This document shows positions 63,478 to 64,000 of a stretch of 64,000 nt of DNA, piece by piece. Within the stretch, counting starts at the first letter, position 1. Each line of letters starts with the position of its first letter. The position numbers and the translations under genes were made by a program. The notes beneath the pieces were generated by a model, which was not told the DNA's origin, ran no database searches, and was given only the letters and a program-made list of their open reading frames with translations. Source of the stretch: Nitrospirota bacterium. Its GTDB lineage: Bacteria; Nitrospirota; UBA9217. The stretch lies in NCBI GenBank assembly GCA_963818475.1, contig CAWFSF010000006.1, positions 1,824,001 to 1,888,000 of the forward strand, written 5' to 3'.

Positions 63478-64000
63478 AATTTTACCTCAAGCACGAAATC
63501 CGAAATCGTAAACTCTAAATAATCACAAAACTCACATAACCAATGTTTTGAATTTCGACATTCAATAGTGTTCAGGATTTCGCTATTAGAATTTAGCGCT
63601 TTCCCTAATAGTTCCTTCACTTTTTTTCCGATATCCTTTTCCCGCATCAGGCTCTCGCCGACCAGGATGGCGTCCACGCCCGCCTTCTGAAGCATCACCA
63701 CATCGTCCCGCGTCCTGATCCCGCTTTCGCTCACCACCACGCGGTCATCGGGAATGTCTTTCAGCAGGTCCAGGGTCGTCTGCAGGGTCACCTCGAAGGT
63801 CATGAGGTTCCGGTTGTTGATGCCCACGAGCATGGCCCCGGCCAGCAAAGACTTGTCCAATTCTTTGTAGGTATGCGACTCCACGAGCACGTCGAGTCCC
63901 AGTCCCGCTGCGATGCCGAGGTAGTCCTGCATCTGGCCCCGCTCCAGGCAGGCCGCGATCAGCAGGATGGCATCGGCCCCGAACGCGCGCGCTTCATGGA
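63474..64000 (-). CDS. trpC: Indole-3-glycerol phosphate synthase, 3' part (5' end outside the window)
   Basis: GADAILLI, LVESH, GINNRNL, VSESGI, LVGESLM. Confidence 0.93.
   Translation of the reverse strand, partial: HEARAFGADAILLIAACLERGQMQDYLGIAAGLGLDVLVESHTYKELDKSLLAGAMLVGINNRNLMTFEVTLQTTLDLLKDIPDDRVVVSESGIRTRDDVVMLQKAGVDAILVGESLMREKDIGKKVKELLGKALNSNSEILNTIECRNSKHWLCEFCDYLEFTISDFVLEVKL
63488..63600. repeat. Inverted heptamer-array element between the trpC core and trpF
   Basis: aagcacg-aaatccg-aaatcgt-aaactct-aaataat ... gaatttcg...ggatttcg-ctattag-aatttag. Confidence 0.72.

Noticed and set aside
63478-64000. trp attenuator or leader peptide
   Set aside because: The operon 5' end lies outside the window; the internal hairpins belong to the repeat family and contain no Trp-codon leader.

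Overview
Bacterial chromosomal window, mostly high-GC with most genes on the minus strand. Gene content suggests an anaerobic or microaerophilic Nitrospirota/Desulfobacterota-type organism (inference, not a database result). More than 20 otherwise intact genes carry single-base frameshifts, which points to uncorrected long-read indel errors. From left to right: (1) a B12-radical SAM / membrane protein / variant CcsA cytochrome c maturation operon running off the left edge; (2) a complete V/A-type ATP synthase operon; (3) a VOC protein; (4) an operon of a nonaheme cytochrome c and cytochrome b (split CbcL-like), a UbiE/MenG methyltransferase, a hypothetical protein and a B12-radical SAM; (5) an AT-richer accessory patch with a tandem zinc-ribbon protein; (6) thiL, lon, galU, mlaDFE, alr, cobD; (7) the lptCAB-rpoN-hpf-ptsN-hprK-rapZ-mannose-type PTS-ptsH-ptsI cluster; (8) a GAF/PAS sensor, cbiMQO, ald, an Ig-like lipoprotein, dcd, polyferredoxin, DUF362, an MFS transporter and accD; (9) a cyclic-nucleotide cassette (HD-GYP, Crp-like protein, CHASE2 adenylate cyclase, class II PDE); (10) trpABFC. 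The most striking non-coding signal is a dispersed family of about 15 elements built from degenerate 7-, 9- or 10-bp tandem repeats. Most form two inverted arms and sit at gene junctions inside operons, and one lies in-frame inside thiL. No rRNA, tRNA, CRISPR array, transposase or prophage was recognised.
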